DNA from: a virus
Strand: one strand, 5' to 3'
Virus record (IMG/VR): IMGVR_UViG_3300035034_000924
Location: 21,399 to 85,398 of that record
Length of the DNA: 64,000 bases
Part shown: positions 10,923-20,726 of the stretch, piece after piece
Numbering within the stretch: position 1 is the stretch's first letter
Layout of the letters: each line of letters starts with the position of its first letter
Program-made: the position numbers and the translations under genes
Notes under the pieces: generated by a model
Seen by the model: only the letters and a program-made list of their open reading frames with translations
What the model was told of the DNA's origin: nothing
Databases searched by the model: none

Positions 10923-11117
10923 ATGAACTTTGAAACAGGTGTAGTAACAGAGGTAAGCGACAGCCGTTATACGGTCAGGGTACGCTCAGAGACGCGGACG
11001 GTGGACAGGTCTGCATTCCCTGTAGACTTACCCGAAGGAACCAGTATCCTTATGCAAGGTGGCGCTATCGTAGGCCAGATCAGACAACAGCCTGCGGGCA
11101 AAAAATTCCAAGTATAG
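10923..11117 (+). CDS. Small beta-rich (OB-fold-like) tail protein
   Basis: 64 aa, GVVTEV...YTVRV pattern; abuts the previous gene. Confidence 0.45.
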   Translation: MNFETGVVTEVSDSRYTVRVRSETRTVDRSAFPVDLPEGTSILMQGGAIVGQIRQQPAGKKFQV

Positions 11118-11126
11118 GTAAAGACG

Positions 11127-11813
11127 ATGCCCATTTCTGATTTCTACAGAGGAAACACCAGAGACTTCACATTCAGTTTTTTGCAGCCGAACCCTTTGTA
11201 CACGGGCGAACCTCCTGCAGTAACTGTAACAGCTGTTAGCGAAGCCGTCTTCGATGACGTCACCTATCCGGTAGACATATCATCGTCCGGTGTAATAACA
11301 GAAAACTGGACACTAACTTTTGACAGTGCCACCGAATACGAAATCGTAGGCGATACAGCAGGCTTGGTAGGCCGGGGCAACATCAGCGTCGATGCGCACC
11401 CAGTAAACCCTGCCAAGGGGACTCCGTATTTCACACTACCCAAAGGCGGCTGGGACACGAAGAAGAAATTCGCTTCAGGAGACGCACTGGTATTCAGCAC
11501 CATAGTGCGGAATGTACCGGAAGACATAACAGATCTGGTCGTCACTTTGACTTTTATTGATGAAGACGATGGAACCGTAACTTTGCAAACGTCTGCAACG
11601 GCAGGGGACAGCGCGGGCGATAGCCCAGCGAACGGGATTATGAACCTACGTCTCAACTCAGGCGAATCAGCTCTGTTGGTTAAAGAGTCTTACAAATATG
11701 GATTCGAGCGAAGAACTCCTGACGGTGCGGATGAAGCCCTCGATATTGTCAGGACTATCGAAGAGGGGAAGGTCAAGATACTGACTCCTGCGAAAGCTGT
11801 AACAGCCAGCTAA
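11127..11813 (+). CDS. Baseplate upper protein (BppU-like)
   Basis: YRGNTRDFTFSF...DIT...NGIMNLRL...YKYGFE...RTIEEGKVKI pattern; the insert resembles the C-terminal part of 4489..5484 (TLTF-x-SAT...P-x-NP...PYFTL). Confidence 0.5.
   Translation: MPISDFYRGNTRDFTFSFLQPNPLYTGEPPAVTVTAVSEAVFDDVTYPVDISSSGVITENWTLTFDSATEYEIVGDTAGLVGRGNISVDAHPVNPAKGTPYFTLPKGGWDTKKKFASGDALVFSTIVRNVPEDITDLVVTLTFIDEDDGTVTLQTSATAGDSAGDSPANGIMNLRLNSGESALLVKESYKYGFERRTPDGADEALDIVRTIEEGKVKILTPAKAVTAS
11584..11597. repeat. Dispersed palindrome, 1 mismatch
   Basis: TGCAAACGTCTGCA, in CDS (LQTSA). Confidence 0.85.
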
Positions 11814-11822
11814 GGCGACAAA

Positions 11823-12464
11823 GTGCCACAAGACTACATACAGGTTATAACGGACGAAGACTCAACGGGCGCTTACCTGCTGAACAGAGAGCAGCCCGTC
11901 GTATCTATTGCTGAAGAGAGCTTCGCAGCATTGCTATCGGAAGAACGCAATGAAGTCCTGTCCTCGCTAGGCGACAGTAACCAAGTGTCTTCCGTCTCTG
12001 AGACTATCCTTGTCACGCCGTTGGAAGTAGTAGATAATGCCGAAATATTGACAGGAGTTGAATATCTGTCAGTAGAGTTTGTAGAAGAGATTTACGAAGT
12101 CCACCTAGCGGATGCTTTTGTAGGAACGGGTGGCGGGGAAGCGGGAGAAGCCGAGCTTCCAAAAATCTCGGAACTTATACCTGATGGCCAGAACGCTGTA
12201 GTAGACAGTATTCCGGTCGAGCAGTTGAACGGAGTCAAGTGGCTAGTTACCTTGACAACCGCAGTCAACGACAAAAGGGTATTCGAAGTAAGCGCCTCAT
12301 GGAAGGGCACTGAAGCAAACTACACGGTGTACGGTATCAATGGAGATGCCATCGGATATAGCGTATCAGTGGATATTGCTATCGCCAGCAATAATATTGA
12401 GCTTGCCATATCGAACACTAACGGAAGTGCACTAACGGCAGACGTGGTTCGTATCTCGATGTAG
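11823..12464 (+). CDS. Putative virion structural protein
   Basis: 213 aa, acidic N-half and beta-sandwich-like C-half. Confidence 0.5.
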   Translation: MPQDYIQVITDEDSTGAYLLNREQPVVSIAEESFAALLSEERNEVLSSLGDSNQVSSVSETILVTPLEVVDNAEILTGVEYLSVEFVEEIYEVHLADAFVGTGGGEAGEAELPKISELIPDGQNAVVDSIPVEQLNGVKWLVTLTTAVNDKRVFEVSASWKGTEANYTVYGINGDAIGYSVSVDIAIASNNIELAISNTNGSALTADVVRISM

Positions 12465-12486
12465 CAGGCCGTACACAGGAAGGGTA

Positions 12487-12837
12487 ATGGCCAAGCAATT
12501 GTTCTCTGCCGAAGGCGGGTTCCGAATAGATGAAAATGGTGTCGCGTATATTACGGGCACAGGCGAACCCGACAACGCATACTCCAACCTAGCACCTAAA
12601 GGCAGTGTCTATACCGCAGACGATACTGGGCATGTCTATCGCAAGCACACAGTAGGCACAGGTACGGATAAGTGGCGCAGACTGTTAGACACGGAAGACA
12701 TCGCAGATCTGTCAGGCGCTCTACTGTTTTACTTCCGAAATGGCGATCTTAGCAAAATAGCTTTAACCAGAAATTCAGGCCTGCCGTTTACTTTCCGAGA
12801 CGGCAGCTCCGACCCCATTGACCTAGTAAGCGTGTAG
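12487..12837 (+). CDS. Putative tail-fibre-associated protein
   Basis: GTGEP...APKGSVY...GHVYRK...W motif common in fibre/adaptor proteins. Confidence 0.5.
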   Translation: MAKQLFSAEGGFRIDENGVAYITGTGEPDNAYSNLAPKGSVYTADDTGHVYRKHTVGTGTDKWRRLLDTEDIADLSGALLFYFRNGDLSKIALTRNSGLPFTFRDGSSDPIDLVSV

Positions 12838-12844
12838 GTGATCC

Positions 12845-15800
12845 ATGGCTGATAAGTACCCAATAAAAGCAGTAAGTGCTAGCGGAGACGCTACAGGCCT
12901 ATCTGAGTTTGAAGAAGGGGATGCGGTCCCTATTGATGCTGGAGGTACAGGCGCGGTAACTGCCGAAAGCGGGCTAGCTAACCTAGGGGGCGCTACCGAG
13001 AGCTTTGTTGATGCCGCCGTAGCCGCTGCAGTCGCTATGCTAGTGGGTTCTGCCCCGGCTGACCTAAACACTATCGAAGAGATTGCTAGTGCCTTGGGTA
13101 ATGACCCGGACATACTGACGAATTTTTTAAGCACAGCGAATGTCGTAAACAACCTGACGTCAAGCGACACCGAGGCACCGCTTAGTGCAGCGATGGGTAA
13201 GGCGTTAAAGGACCAGCTCGACACATTCAACCCGCTGCCTAACTTCACCACGAATGGCTCCTTCTCTACGTTGAATCCGACGCTGCTATTTCACGAGACA
13301 GACGCTACGACGGACAACGGCAAGTGGCGTATTGCGATAGACAACGAGCAATTCAACCTAGATGTAGTCAGTGATGATGGATTCACTTCCGAGTACTTTT
13401 TGCGGGCCGAAAGATCTTCTGCGAACGTAACGGACGTCACGACTAACGGAGAATGGTACTTCAACGAAGACATCACGGCCTTGTCCAACATCTCTGCTTC
13501 GTCTCTGGAAATTACCAACCTTGCGCTATTCAAGAGCACTGTCCAACTGGACGAGAACGCCTACGGTACTATGGTGGGTAGTAGCACTGCAGGTTTTGTT
13601 ATCGAGGGCGCGGGTAGTGTCACCGACTTCGTTCTACGAAACTCCCTTAGCCAAGACGTGTTATGGGTGCCGGAAGGCGGGCTGCAGATAAACGTTAAGT
13701 CAGATATCTTCTCAGAAGGTTCCGTGATATTCGGTGACGTGTTCAACACCTATGCGACCTTCGAAGGGGACGGCATAGAAGGCGTTCTGCTACAAGGTTT
13801 CGGTGACACCAATGACTTCATGGTCAGGAACCGATCCGGGGTAGACACTCTTTGGCTGGATTCAGACACTACAGAGTTCACCTTTGCTGGGGACCTATCA
13901 TTTTCCGCCATGAACCTTAAAGTAGGCGGGGTCAGTGTTTTATCTTCCTCTAGTTCCGAGGCGTCATTCTTCTCTGGTGTTCTAGAGGTTACGCCCACGA
14001 GCGTACAGATAAATGAAGGCGTTGGCCTAGACTTCTACAATGGTAACGGCGTGATTGAGTGGTCTGATGCCTTTGATACCTATGGCAGTATCTCTGGCGG
14101 CAGCGCCGGCATGGTTATTCAAGGCTTTGGTTTCTTGGGTGACATTATCCTTAGGAACTCTGCAGCAACCGACGTAATGTTAGTACCTACCGGAACTACT
14201 GACGTTGAGTTCAAAGGCGATGTATATCTGGAAAGTGCGTTATACCATGATAGCGCTGAGGCCATCGTCTACGGTAATGGCAACGAGGTATATCGAGTAA
14301 ACAACTCGGGTCTGGTAATTACCAGCCAGATCCAATTAAACGATAGCAGGTTTATAAGGTTTGAGAACCAAGATGGATTCACTATAAGCGGCTACATTGG
14401 TCTGATTAACGCGTCTAATGAGCTAGCCATACAGCACGACACGGAACTGTCAGTGACTATAGGAGCAGCCGAGACTTTTACAGTAAACGGCAGTCTGGTG
14501 ACTTCGCAAGTAGATGTTTCTATTGATACAGGGGATTTGTACCTCAATAGCCCTGACGGGCACATATGGTTTACTGAAACCGACGCAGCGGCAGATAACG
14601 GAAAATGGGACTTCAGATACTATGGCGGGAAATTCGAATTTAGGACAGTAAACGATGCTGTTACTGGTGCTAGCACCATTATGGATGTTAGCCGCACGGG
14701 TATCGGCGTAGACCTGATAAGCTTTTTTGCTGAAACTACTTTCTCTGACCATATTACGCTTGGTAATAATAAAGCCATCTTCATTAAAAATTCAGAATCT
14801 CAAAGCTACCCAGTTATCCAAAGGTTTGGCGACGAGGTCTACATAGACTCCTACGGCAACTCTGCCGGTAATGGTGCGATTATACTTAGGACAAGAAATG
14901 GGTCAGGCGCTGTGGCAACTGCCTTGCAGCTAAATGCAGAGAGTCAACAAGCCTTTTTTGGTGGAATTATATCTTCCTCAATCAACAACGCTGGAGCGGT
15001 AACCTTAGGTGCAGCATCCGACATCCAGCCGGGTATGAGAATATTCAATGCAGCTACGAACTTTTACATGGGGCTAAACACTAGCGCAGGTACTGCGTTT
15101 TCGGGCTCTACTGCCAATTACGCTTATGTTGGGACTAGTTCTAACGGTTTAGAGTTTGCCACAGCAAATGTGGTCCGTGCAAAGTTCGACACTTTAGCTA
15201 GGCTGCACCTCTTTACTGAACTTAGTTTAGACTCGAATAAAGTTATTGCCCTTGAGGGGCAAGGCTCGGACACGTACTTCTATGGTGCAGGCACAAACAA
15301 CATCTATTTTGTTACGGGTGGTGCAAACGTACTTCGTCTTGATAATAACCAAGACATCGCAGCGTATGGCCGGATTACTATACCCCATACTGACGGATAC
15401 TATTTCGGTAACGGGTATATTGGCGAGCCAGACGTTAACTGGGGTTGGTTACTTAAACCAGATACCGCATCAGGGGGCGCAGCCAACGGAGGTATCCTAA
15501 ATACAGCTGGTGTAGCCATAATGCTATTTTATGACGCTAATAAAAGCGTCACTCTCAGTACCAGCAGCACATTACACTCCGGCTTTAGGGTTGATAATGG
15601 CACAAATCTGCTCTGCGAGATCTTAGGCTTTTCAGGTGCAAACGACAGCGGGGGTGTCAGGCTGTATTCTGGCGGGGTTCCTCGAACCGATTTGTACTCT
15701 GACCAACCTTCTTACTTCTACCACGGTATTAGAATCCCTGTCACATCTAAGGTGTTTCTGGATAGTGACGCTGGGATGGATTCCTATATTTACGCTTCTG

Positions 15801-16921
15801 GTAATGACCAAATAGACATAGTGGCTGGCGGCATTGTTAAGTCAAGGTGGTCCTCGGGAATCAGCACTATTTATGGCTACACCCAATTCAACAGATCGGC
15901 TGGCGTCAACGACGCTCAGATAGAGCTATTCGGCGGGGATGCCGATAGCGGCGCGGCGCTGACGTTTCACAGAACGAGTGTTAAGATCTGGTATCTAGGT
16001 ATGCGAGGGGACTCCGCAGCGTTTACCCTCAGAAACGATAGTGCAGGTGGCAGTTTAGTTTTTGGTGTAAACAGTGCAGGTTCTTTTGATTTCCATACTG
16101 GCGTTAAACTTAGTGACGGGGTGCCAACAACTTCCGGTGACCTTGCCATGGGTAACTCCTATGTTTCCTCCTCTATACGTATCGGTTCGTTCGGCTCTTA
16201 CATAGGCCGGGACGCGGGCACTGGTGCTATCCGCTACCGCTCAGCACAGAACTCCCACCACTTCACTGGTACAAATGTAATATTGGACGAACATTTAATA
16301 GTACAGGGCGGGAAGTTCATTTACTTGGACGGAGGAAGCGATACATACATAAGCCAGCTTAGTGGCAATGAAACCAGCGTAGTTTCTGGCGGGACAGAGG
16401 GGCTTAGGGTGGGAAACAACTTCACCTATACAAGAAACTTCCGGCCTTTCGTTAATAATCTGTATGCCATGGGTGATGCTTCCTTCGCGTGGACGGTAGT
16501 TTACGCAACTAACGGAGCCATACAGCCTTCCGACCTGCGCCTAAAGAACGTAACTAAAAGGTTAACGCCAGAGGAAGCACTTTCCTTTGTCAGAGACACA
16601 GAGTCGATAGAGTACTACTGGAAGGACGATGCAAGTAAGGTGTATAGGCACGGTTTCGGTGCGCAGGAAATCTACGTCTTGCTTAAAAAGCACGGTATGA
16701 ACCCCGACAAAAACGGCCTAGTAAGCCACGATGTATCGTCAGACAAGTGGTCCATGGGCTACTCGGAAATGGTGTCTATAAATTCTGCAGCTATCCGAGG
16801 AGTGGCTTCTATGGTTGACAAAGTGGTGGTGTCTATCGGTTCGCATAACAAAAAAATAAAAGCTCTGGAAGAAAAAGTCGATACGTTAGAAGAAGAAGTT
16901 CGTATACTTAAGGCGGCGTAA
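12845..16921 (+). CDS. Long tail fibre / receptor-binding protein with C-terminal peptidase S74 intramolecular chaperone
   Basis: 1358 aa; LVGSAPADLNTIEEIASALGND motif; internal repeats; C-terminal PSDLRLKN...HGFGAQE...Y plus coiled coil (autocleaving chaperone). Confidence 0.88.
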   Translation: MADKYPIKAVSASGDATGLSEFEEGDAVPIDAGGTGAVTAESGLANLGGATESFVDAAVAAAVAMLVGSAPADLNTIEEIASALGNDPDILTNFLSTANVVNNLTSSDTEAPLSAAMGKALKDQLDTFNPLPNFTTNGSFSTLNPTLLFHETDATTDNGKWRIAIDNEQFNLDVVSDDGFTSEYFLRAERSSANVTDVTTNGEWYFNEDITALSNISASSLEITNLALFKSTVQLDENAYGTMVGSSTAGFVIEGAGSVTDFVLRNSLSQDVLWVPEGGLQINVKSDIFSEGSVIFGDVFNTYATFEGDGIEGVLLQGFGDTNDFMVRNRSGVDTLWLDSDTTEFTFAGDLSFSAMNLKVGGVSVLSSSSSEASFFSGVLEVTPTSVQINEGVGLDFYNGNGVIEWSDAFDTYGSISGGSAGMVIQGFGFLGDIILRNSAATDVMLVPTGTTDVEFKGDVYLESALYHDSAEAIVYGNGNEVYRVNNSGLVITSQIQLNDSRFIRFENQDGFTISGYIGLINASNELAIQHDTELSVTIGAAETFTVNGSLVTSQVDVSIDTGDLYLNSPDGHIWFTETDAAADNGKWDFRYYGGKFEFRTVNDAVTGASTIMDVSRTGIGVDLISFFAETTFSDHITLGNNKAIFIKNSESQSYPVIQRFGDEVYIDSYGNSAGNGAIILRTRNGSGAVATALQLNAESQQAFFGGIISSSINNAGAVTLGAASDIQPGMRIFNAATNFYMGLNTSAGTAFSGSTANYAYVGTSSNGLEFATANVVRAKFDTLARLHLFTELSLDSNKVIALEGQGSDTYFYGAGTNNIYFVTGGANVLRLDNNQDIAAYGRITIPHTDGYYFGNGYIGEPDVNWGWLLKPDTASGGAANGGILNTAGVAIMLFYDANKSVTLSTSSTLHSGFRVDNGTNLLCEILGFSGANDSGGVRLYSGGVPRTDLYSDQPSYFYHGIRIPVTSKVFLDSDAGMDSYIYASGNDQIDIVAGGIVKSRWSSGISTIYGYTQFNRSAGVNDAQIELFGGDADSGAALTFHRTSVKIWYLGMRGDSAAFTLRNDSAGGSLVFGVNSAGSFDFHTGVKLSDGVPTTSGDLAMGNSYVSSSIRIGSFGSYIGRDAGTGAIRYRSAQNSHHFTGTNVILDEHLIVQGGKFIYLDGGSDTYISQLSGNETSVVSGGTEGLRVGNNFTYTRNFRPFVNNLYAMGDASFAWTVVYATNGAIQPSDLRLKNVTKRLTPEEALSFVRDTESIEYYWKDDASKVYRHGFGAQEIYVLLKKHGMNPDKNGLVSHDVSSDKWSMGYSEMVSINSAAIRGVASMVDKVVVSIGSHNKKIKALEEKVDTLEEEVRILKAA

Positions 16922-17490
16922 TGGAGATTAACTTAGGCACCCTCTTTAAACAGATTGGACCCGTCGCTGCGGTACTACTGGGCATGCTGTTCATGTACTT
17001 TAACCCGACGCAAGAAAGCCAGTTCAATGAAAATCTGATAAGCAGGCTGAGCAACGCAGAGAATAAAGCGGATCAATGCTTGAACGAAAGCATAGTAATA
17101 AAAAACCAGCTGAAGGATATGCAGTTCCGGTTCACTATCATGCGCGGGTCACAGGAATCACTACCATGGCCTAGCTGGATGAAAGACGGCAGCGGTAAGG
17201 TCCTGTTTGCTAACAGCGCCTACGAAAAAACTTACTTAAAACCTTTGGGGTACGAGTTAAGTGACTACGTAGGATTCAGGGACGAAGCTGTGTTTTCCGA
17301 TATTACTGCACAGTCGTTCAGGGCCAACGACCTGCTAGTGTTCGAGTCAGGGATTATCATTGAGGTCACTGAAATGGTGGACTCTCCGGGGGGAGAAGCC
17401 CAGCCAGTACAGGTCTACAAGTACCCCATTAAGGTAAGAGACGTGGTTGTAGCAGTAGGCGGGATGACCATACCAGCGAAGGTTCTATAG
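16921..17490 (+). CDS. Membrane-anchored PAS-domain protein
   Basis: N-terminal TM helix, coiled coil, then LPWPSWMKDGSGKVLFANSAY...YVG...D...F...AQSFRANDLLV...VYKYPI...VVAVGGM (PAS_4/PAC-type pattern). Confidence 0.8.
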   Translation: MEINLGTLFKQIGPVAAVLLGMLFMYFNPTQESQFNENLISRLSNAENKADQCLNESIVIKNQLKDMQFRFTIMRGSQESLPWPSWMKDGSGKVLFANSAYEKTYLKPLGYELSDYVGFRDEAVFSDITAQSFRANDLLVFESGIIIEVTEMVDSPGGEAQPVQVYKYPIKVRDVVVAVGGMTIPAKVL

Positions 17491-17492
17491 TT

Positions 17493-17810
17493 ATGATGGG
17501 AATGTGGCCAGTTGAGCAAGCGATTTGGGTAATTGCAAACGTTTGCATAGGTGTATCGTACACTTTGGTGTTGGCCCACTACAGCATCCACACTGTACCT
17601 ATCTTACTAAACCAAGGTTTCGTATATTTTTGCGGGATGGGACACTTCGGTATGGTCATATGGATGGCGCTACTACCACATAACTACCTCGTGTTTCTGA
17701 CGGTTTGTATCTTGGACAGTATGACTGCATTAGTCAGTGTAGCTTCTGCGTGGTACGCTTGGCGAAGACGAGAACGAAAAGGGGAAGCCAATGCTGTGCA
17801 TAGAAATTAA
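17493..17810 (+). CDS. Three-TM protein resembling the ethylene-receptor (ETR1-type) ligand-binding domain
   Basis: ANVCIGVSY / GFVYFCGMGHF / DSMTALVSVASA align by eye to ETR1 SDFFIAIAY / AFIVLCGATHL / KVLTAVVSCATA. Confidence 0.65.
   Translation: MMGMWPVEQAIWVIANVCIGVSYTLVLAHYSIHTVPILLNQGFVYFCGMGHFGMVIWMALLPHNYLVFLTVCILDSMTALVSVASAWYAWRRRERKGEANAVHRN
17534..17547. repeat. Dispersed palindrome, perfect copy
   Basis: TGCAAACGTTTGCA, in CDS (ANVC). Confidence 0.9.
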
Positions 17811-18192
17811 ATCGAAACGTAAGATCTTTGGTAACAACGGTATTGCATGGCTTTGGCCTTTCATATTCGTCTGGGGGAGTCACCCGCAATACATTCGGGT
17901 AAGAGAGAACGAGACGGGCCACAACCTTCAAGCACCAGAGACGTGGGTAATAGGGTTCCCGTTCGCGGCATACGCAACCTATGTGCTGGATTACCCCATA
18001 TGGTGGATGTTTTTGTTGACCTACTGCTCGTTTGCTATAATCTACGGGATCATGTCTTTAGTGGCTAAACTGCAGGGCGGGGACAGCTACATAGATAACG
18101 TAATGGAACAGGATTCTAGGCAGTGGGACGATGGCAACCTAGGCAGACGTCCTAGGTTCTACTGGCTCAAACTTTTATTTAGAGGAAAATAG
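17791..18192 (+). CDS. Hypothetical membrane protein (degenerate HExxH-like segment NETGH)
   Basis: 133 aa with hydrophobic helices; overlaps the previous gene; GGGG RBS. Confidence 0.5.
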   Translation: MLCIEIKSKRKIFGNNGIAWLWPFIFVWGSHPQYIRVRENETGHNLQAPETWVIGFPFAAYATYVLDYPIWWMFLLTYCSFAIIYGIMSLVAKLQGGDSYIDNVMEQDSRQWDDGNLGRRPRFYWLKLLFRGK

Positions 18193-18193
18193 C

Positions 18194-18532
18194 ATGGACA
18201 ACTATCCTAAACTCAAGCAAGCGGGTAACGCGACACTGAGTAAAGTACCGGAAAGTAAGCGCCTCCGTAGCGGGGAAGTACGTGACCCTGAGACAAAAGA
18301 GATACTACAAAAAGCGGAGTACGATATTATACCTGCCCGAGTGGTACTCTCAGTCCCTGCTATCGCAGACGACGGCTCTGTCACTACCAAAGAGCATCCT
18401 GTTGACGAAGGTAGGCTTCGTGCTGAACTAACAAGGATTGCTTCCCAGATCGAAGCTTTAAACGCCCAGAAGGCATCCCACGAACTAATGCTGGCCGACA
18501 TCGCTGCCTTAGAAGAAGAACAACCAGAGTAA
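18194..18532 (+). CDS. Hypothetical protein with C-terminal coiled coil
   Basis: 112 aa, GAGG RBS. Confidence 0.6.
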   Translation: MDNYPKLKQAGNATLSKVPESKRLRSGEVRDPETKEILQKAEYDIIPARVVLSVPAIADDGSVTTKEHPVDEGRLRAELTRIASQIEALNAQKASHELMLADIAALEEEQPE

Positions 18533-18560
18533 TACAACCACGGTGTACTAGGAGAAATAC

Positions 18561-18944
18561 ATGAAACGAGTGATGTTAAAGAAGTTCCCTTCAGGGAGAG
18601 AGAACGATGACTACAAAGCCCTGATGATAAGCATACTGCAATTCCCTAAAAACGGGGAAAAGACAGACGTTGCTGAGATGCGGAAGGTCATACCTATTAT
18701 CGACAAGTTCGAGGCTATTAAATCAGTACCTATCCAAGGTACGAAGATCGACCTTGAAGATGCCGAGTGGGAAGAACTCAAAGAGCGGGTAAAACCGGAC
18801 TGCAAGTTCCCTTTCCCTAACAACAACAGGGAGCTGCTGAAGTTCATCGAGGCAATCGAAGACGCTGAAGAACTCGAAGTCAAGAAGACCGAAGTGAAAG
18901 GCGCAGCCAGAAGCAAGCGACCAAAGCCCGAACCCAAGAAGTAG
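18561..18944 (+). CDS. Hypothetical protein
   Basis: 127 aa, AGGAG RBS. Confidence 0.6.
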   Translation: MKRVMLKKFPSGRENDDYKALMISILQFPKNGEKTDVAEMRKVIPIIDKFEAIKSVPIQGTKIDLEDAEWEELKERVKPDCKFPFPNNNRELLKFIEAIEDAEELEVKKTEVKGAARSKRPKPEPKK

Positions 18945-19095
18945 CCTGTTCGAACTTACCTTGCCCTTCCCTCTGCGGTTAGGTAAGATGGGAGCTGTTC
19001 AGTTGGTAGCTGGACTCTTTCATGCGAAGCGAACCCAAGTCCTGTCCTTTACGCCAACCAAGGGGCGGGGCTTGGCAAGCTACTAGGAGGCGACA

Positions 19096-19557
19096 GTGGA
19101 TATCACGTACTCGATGTATCGTTACAACTCAGGCGATGATTCGACCCTAGGTTTTCTTACTCTCTACAGACAGCTGCTTTGCTATACTTGTGAAGACGAG
19201 TATCGAGAGCACAAGGTCATGCACGAAACCCGCATCCCTGCGGGCAGATACGAAATCAAGCTAAGGCCTGCCGGAGGTATACACCCCCGATACGCCAAAA
19301 AATTCCCAGATATTCATAAAGGCATGTTGTGGCTACAAGACGTGCCAAACTTCACATGGGTTTATATCCATGTAGGTAACACGGACGATCATTCGTCTGG
19401 TTGCATTCTACTAGGTGCCAGCCCTGTTCCCGACAAAAAGGATGGCGGCGGGTCAGTAGCCAACTCAGTAGATGCGTACGAAAAGGTGTACCCCATGATG
19501 GCCGATGCGATAGAGAATGGTGATCGCGTATACATCGAGATAGTGGATGTTGCATGA
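19096..19557 (+). CDS. Putative endolysin (DUF5675-type, YkuD/L,D-transpeptidase-like)
   Basis: STLG-x-L...CYTCED...TRIPAGRYEI...L-x-DVPNF-x-x-VYIHVGNT...S-x-GCILLG motif; AGGAGG RBS; precedes holin and spanins. Confidence 0.8.
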   Translation: MDITYSMYRYNSGDDSTLGFLTLYRQLLCYTCEDEYREHKVMHETRIPAGRYEIKLRPAGGIHPRYAKKFPDIHKGMLWLQDVPNFTWVYIHVGNTDDHSSGCILLGASPVPDKKDGGGSVANSVDAYEKVYPMMADAIENGDRVYIEIVDVA

Positions 19558-19567
19558 TGGAGTACGT

Positions 19568-19849
19568 ATGGCTGACGATGGGTATAACGACGGGGTCATT
19601 GACCTAAAAGACGTGGAAAGAATAGGGACTAAAGTATCTAACTTCATGGTAGAGCACAGGGTACTCCCTAGGCTCTTTGTCTGCGTATTCGGGGCCATAT
19701 TCATAGACATGAATTTTTGGCTGCAAGAGATGGTGGAAACAAGCAAGCTAGAAGGCGGTTACTTTGTCGAGGTTTACGTAGGAGCCATGGTAGGTGGTTT
19801 TGTAGCCATGGTAACCGGATACGCCAATAGCGGCGAGAGGAAGGAATAG
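19568..19849 (+). CDS. Putative holin
   Basis: Two hydrophobic helices, charged C-terminus, located between endolysin and spanins. Confidence 0.6.
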   Translation: MADDGYNDGVIDLKDVERIGTKVSNFMVEHRVLPRLFVCVFGAIFIDMNFWLQEMVETSKLEGGYFVEVYVGAMVGGFVAMVTGYANSGERKE

Positions 19850-19850
19850 C

Positions 19851-20297
19851 ATGGTACGCATTTTAGCAGGAATTTCTGTCACTCTACTTTTGTGTTCACT
19901 GGCTCTAGCCACGGTACTCAATCGCAGCATAGAACGGGCCGCAGATGTAGAAGGTAAGCTCGAAGTCGCGGAGGCTATTAGTAAAGAAAATAAGCGTACT
20001 ATGAACATGATGCAAAGTGCCCGGATCGACGCAATCCAGTTACTAAAAGAGACCGAGCATAGGAACGAGAACATTCGCCAGATATCGGAAACGAGATTGC
20101 TGGAGATACAAAAGCTAAGGGAGACCGAAGACCGTGAAGCACGTAAACTACCTTTTGCGCGTGGCAACGCTAGCCATGATCGTATTGTTGAGTACCTCAT
20201 GCGCTTCGAGGGAAGTGCAGATGGATATCCACTTCATACCAGTGATGCCGGAGCCAGTAATACTGGAACGCCCAACCCCACCCAAGGTGGCGAGTAG
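19851..20297 (+). CDS. Inner-membrane spanin (Rz-like)
   Basis: N-terminal TM anchor followed by coiled coil; overlapped by a lipoprotein gene. Confidence 0.7.
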   Translation: MVRILAGISVTLLLCSLALATVLNRSIERAADVEGKLEVAEAISKENKRTMNMMQSARIDAIQLLKETEHRNENIRQISETRLLEIQKLRETEDREARKLPFARGNASHDRIVEYLMRFEGSADGYPLHTSDAGASNTGTPNPTQGGE

Positions 20298-20649
20298 CTA
20301 CCCCGCCCCGATAGGCATCACCAGCACAGAGGTCCGATACTACCTCGACGTCTGTGATCGCTACAACGACCCGCAGGAAGATCCTGAGTCCATACTAGAA
20401 GAAACCCAGCTGGCGTATTACGATGCATGCGATTGGCTTATATACGGCCATCCGGTACAGCAGAGGCTGACTATCGAAACCATACTCAGCAAGATGGCTG
20501 ACTACAGCGAACGTATGCGGGCTCACGTAGACCACCTAGAAAAGGTTATACGCATCCAATACGAGAACAGCCTAGAGACACGCAAAGCTGTTGAAGGAGC
20601 GGAAATGTCTAAAACTGAAGAAAATAGAAAGTTCTTAGGTTTGTTCTAG
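20134..20649 (+). CDS. Outer-membrane spanin lipoprotein (Rz1-like)
   Basis: Signal peptide with lipobox-like LLSTSC, Pro-rich segment, overlapping the i-spanin in another frame. Confidence 0.65.
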   Translation: MKHVNYLLRVATLAMIVLLSTSCASREVQMDIHFIPVMPEPVILERPTPPKVASSYPAPIGITSTEVRYYLDVCDRYNDPQEDPESILEETQLAYYDACDWLIYGHPVQQRLTIETILSKMADYSERMRAHVDHLEKVIRIQYENSLETRKAVEGAEMSKTEENRKFLGLF

Positions 20650-20726
20650 TCGCATAAATTCAGTTATTTGTGTAGAAATTCTGTAGCGAGTATGGTTAAC
20701 CCCATGCTCGTTTTGCGTTATGGACT

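Noticed and set aside
12845-16921. Diversity-generating retroelement targeting the tail fibre
   Set aside because: No reverse transcriptase and no template/variable repeat pair noticed in the window.
18945-19095. Possible tRNA or ncRNA in the gap before the endolysin
   Set aside because: Contains hairpins (e.g. about 19035-19075) but no cloverleaf or recognisable RNA family by eye; treated as a probable regulatory stem.
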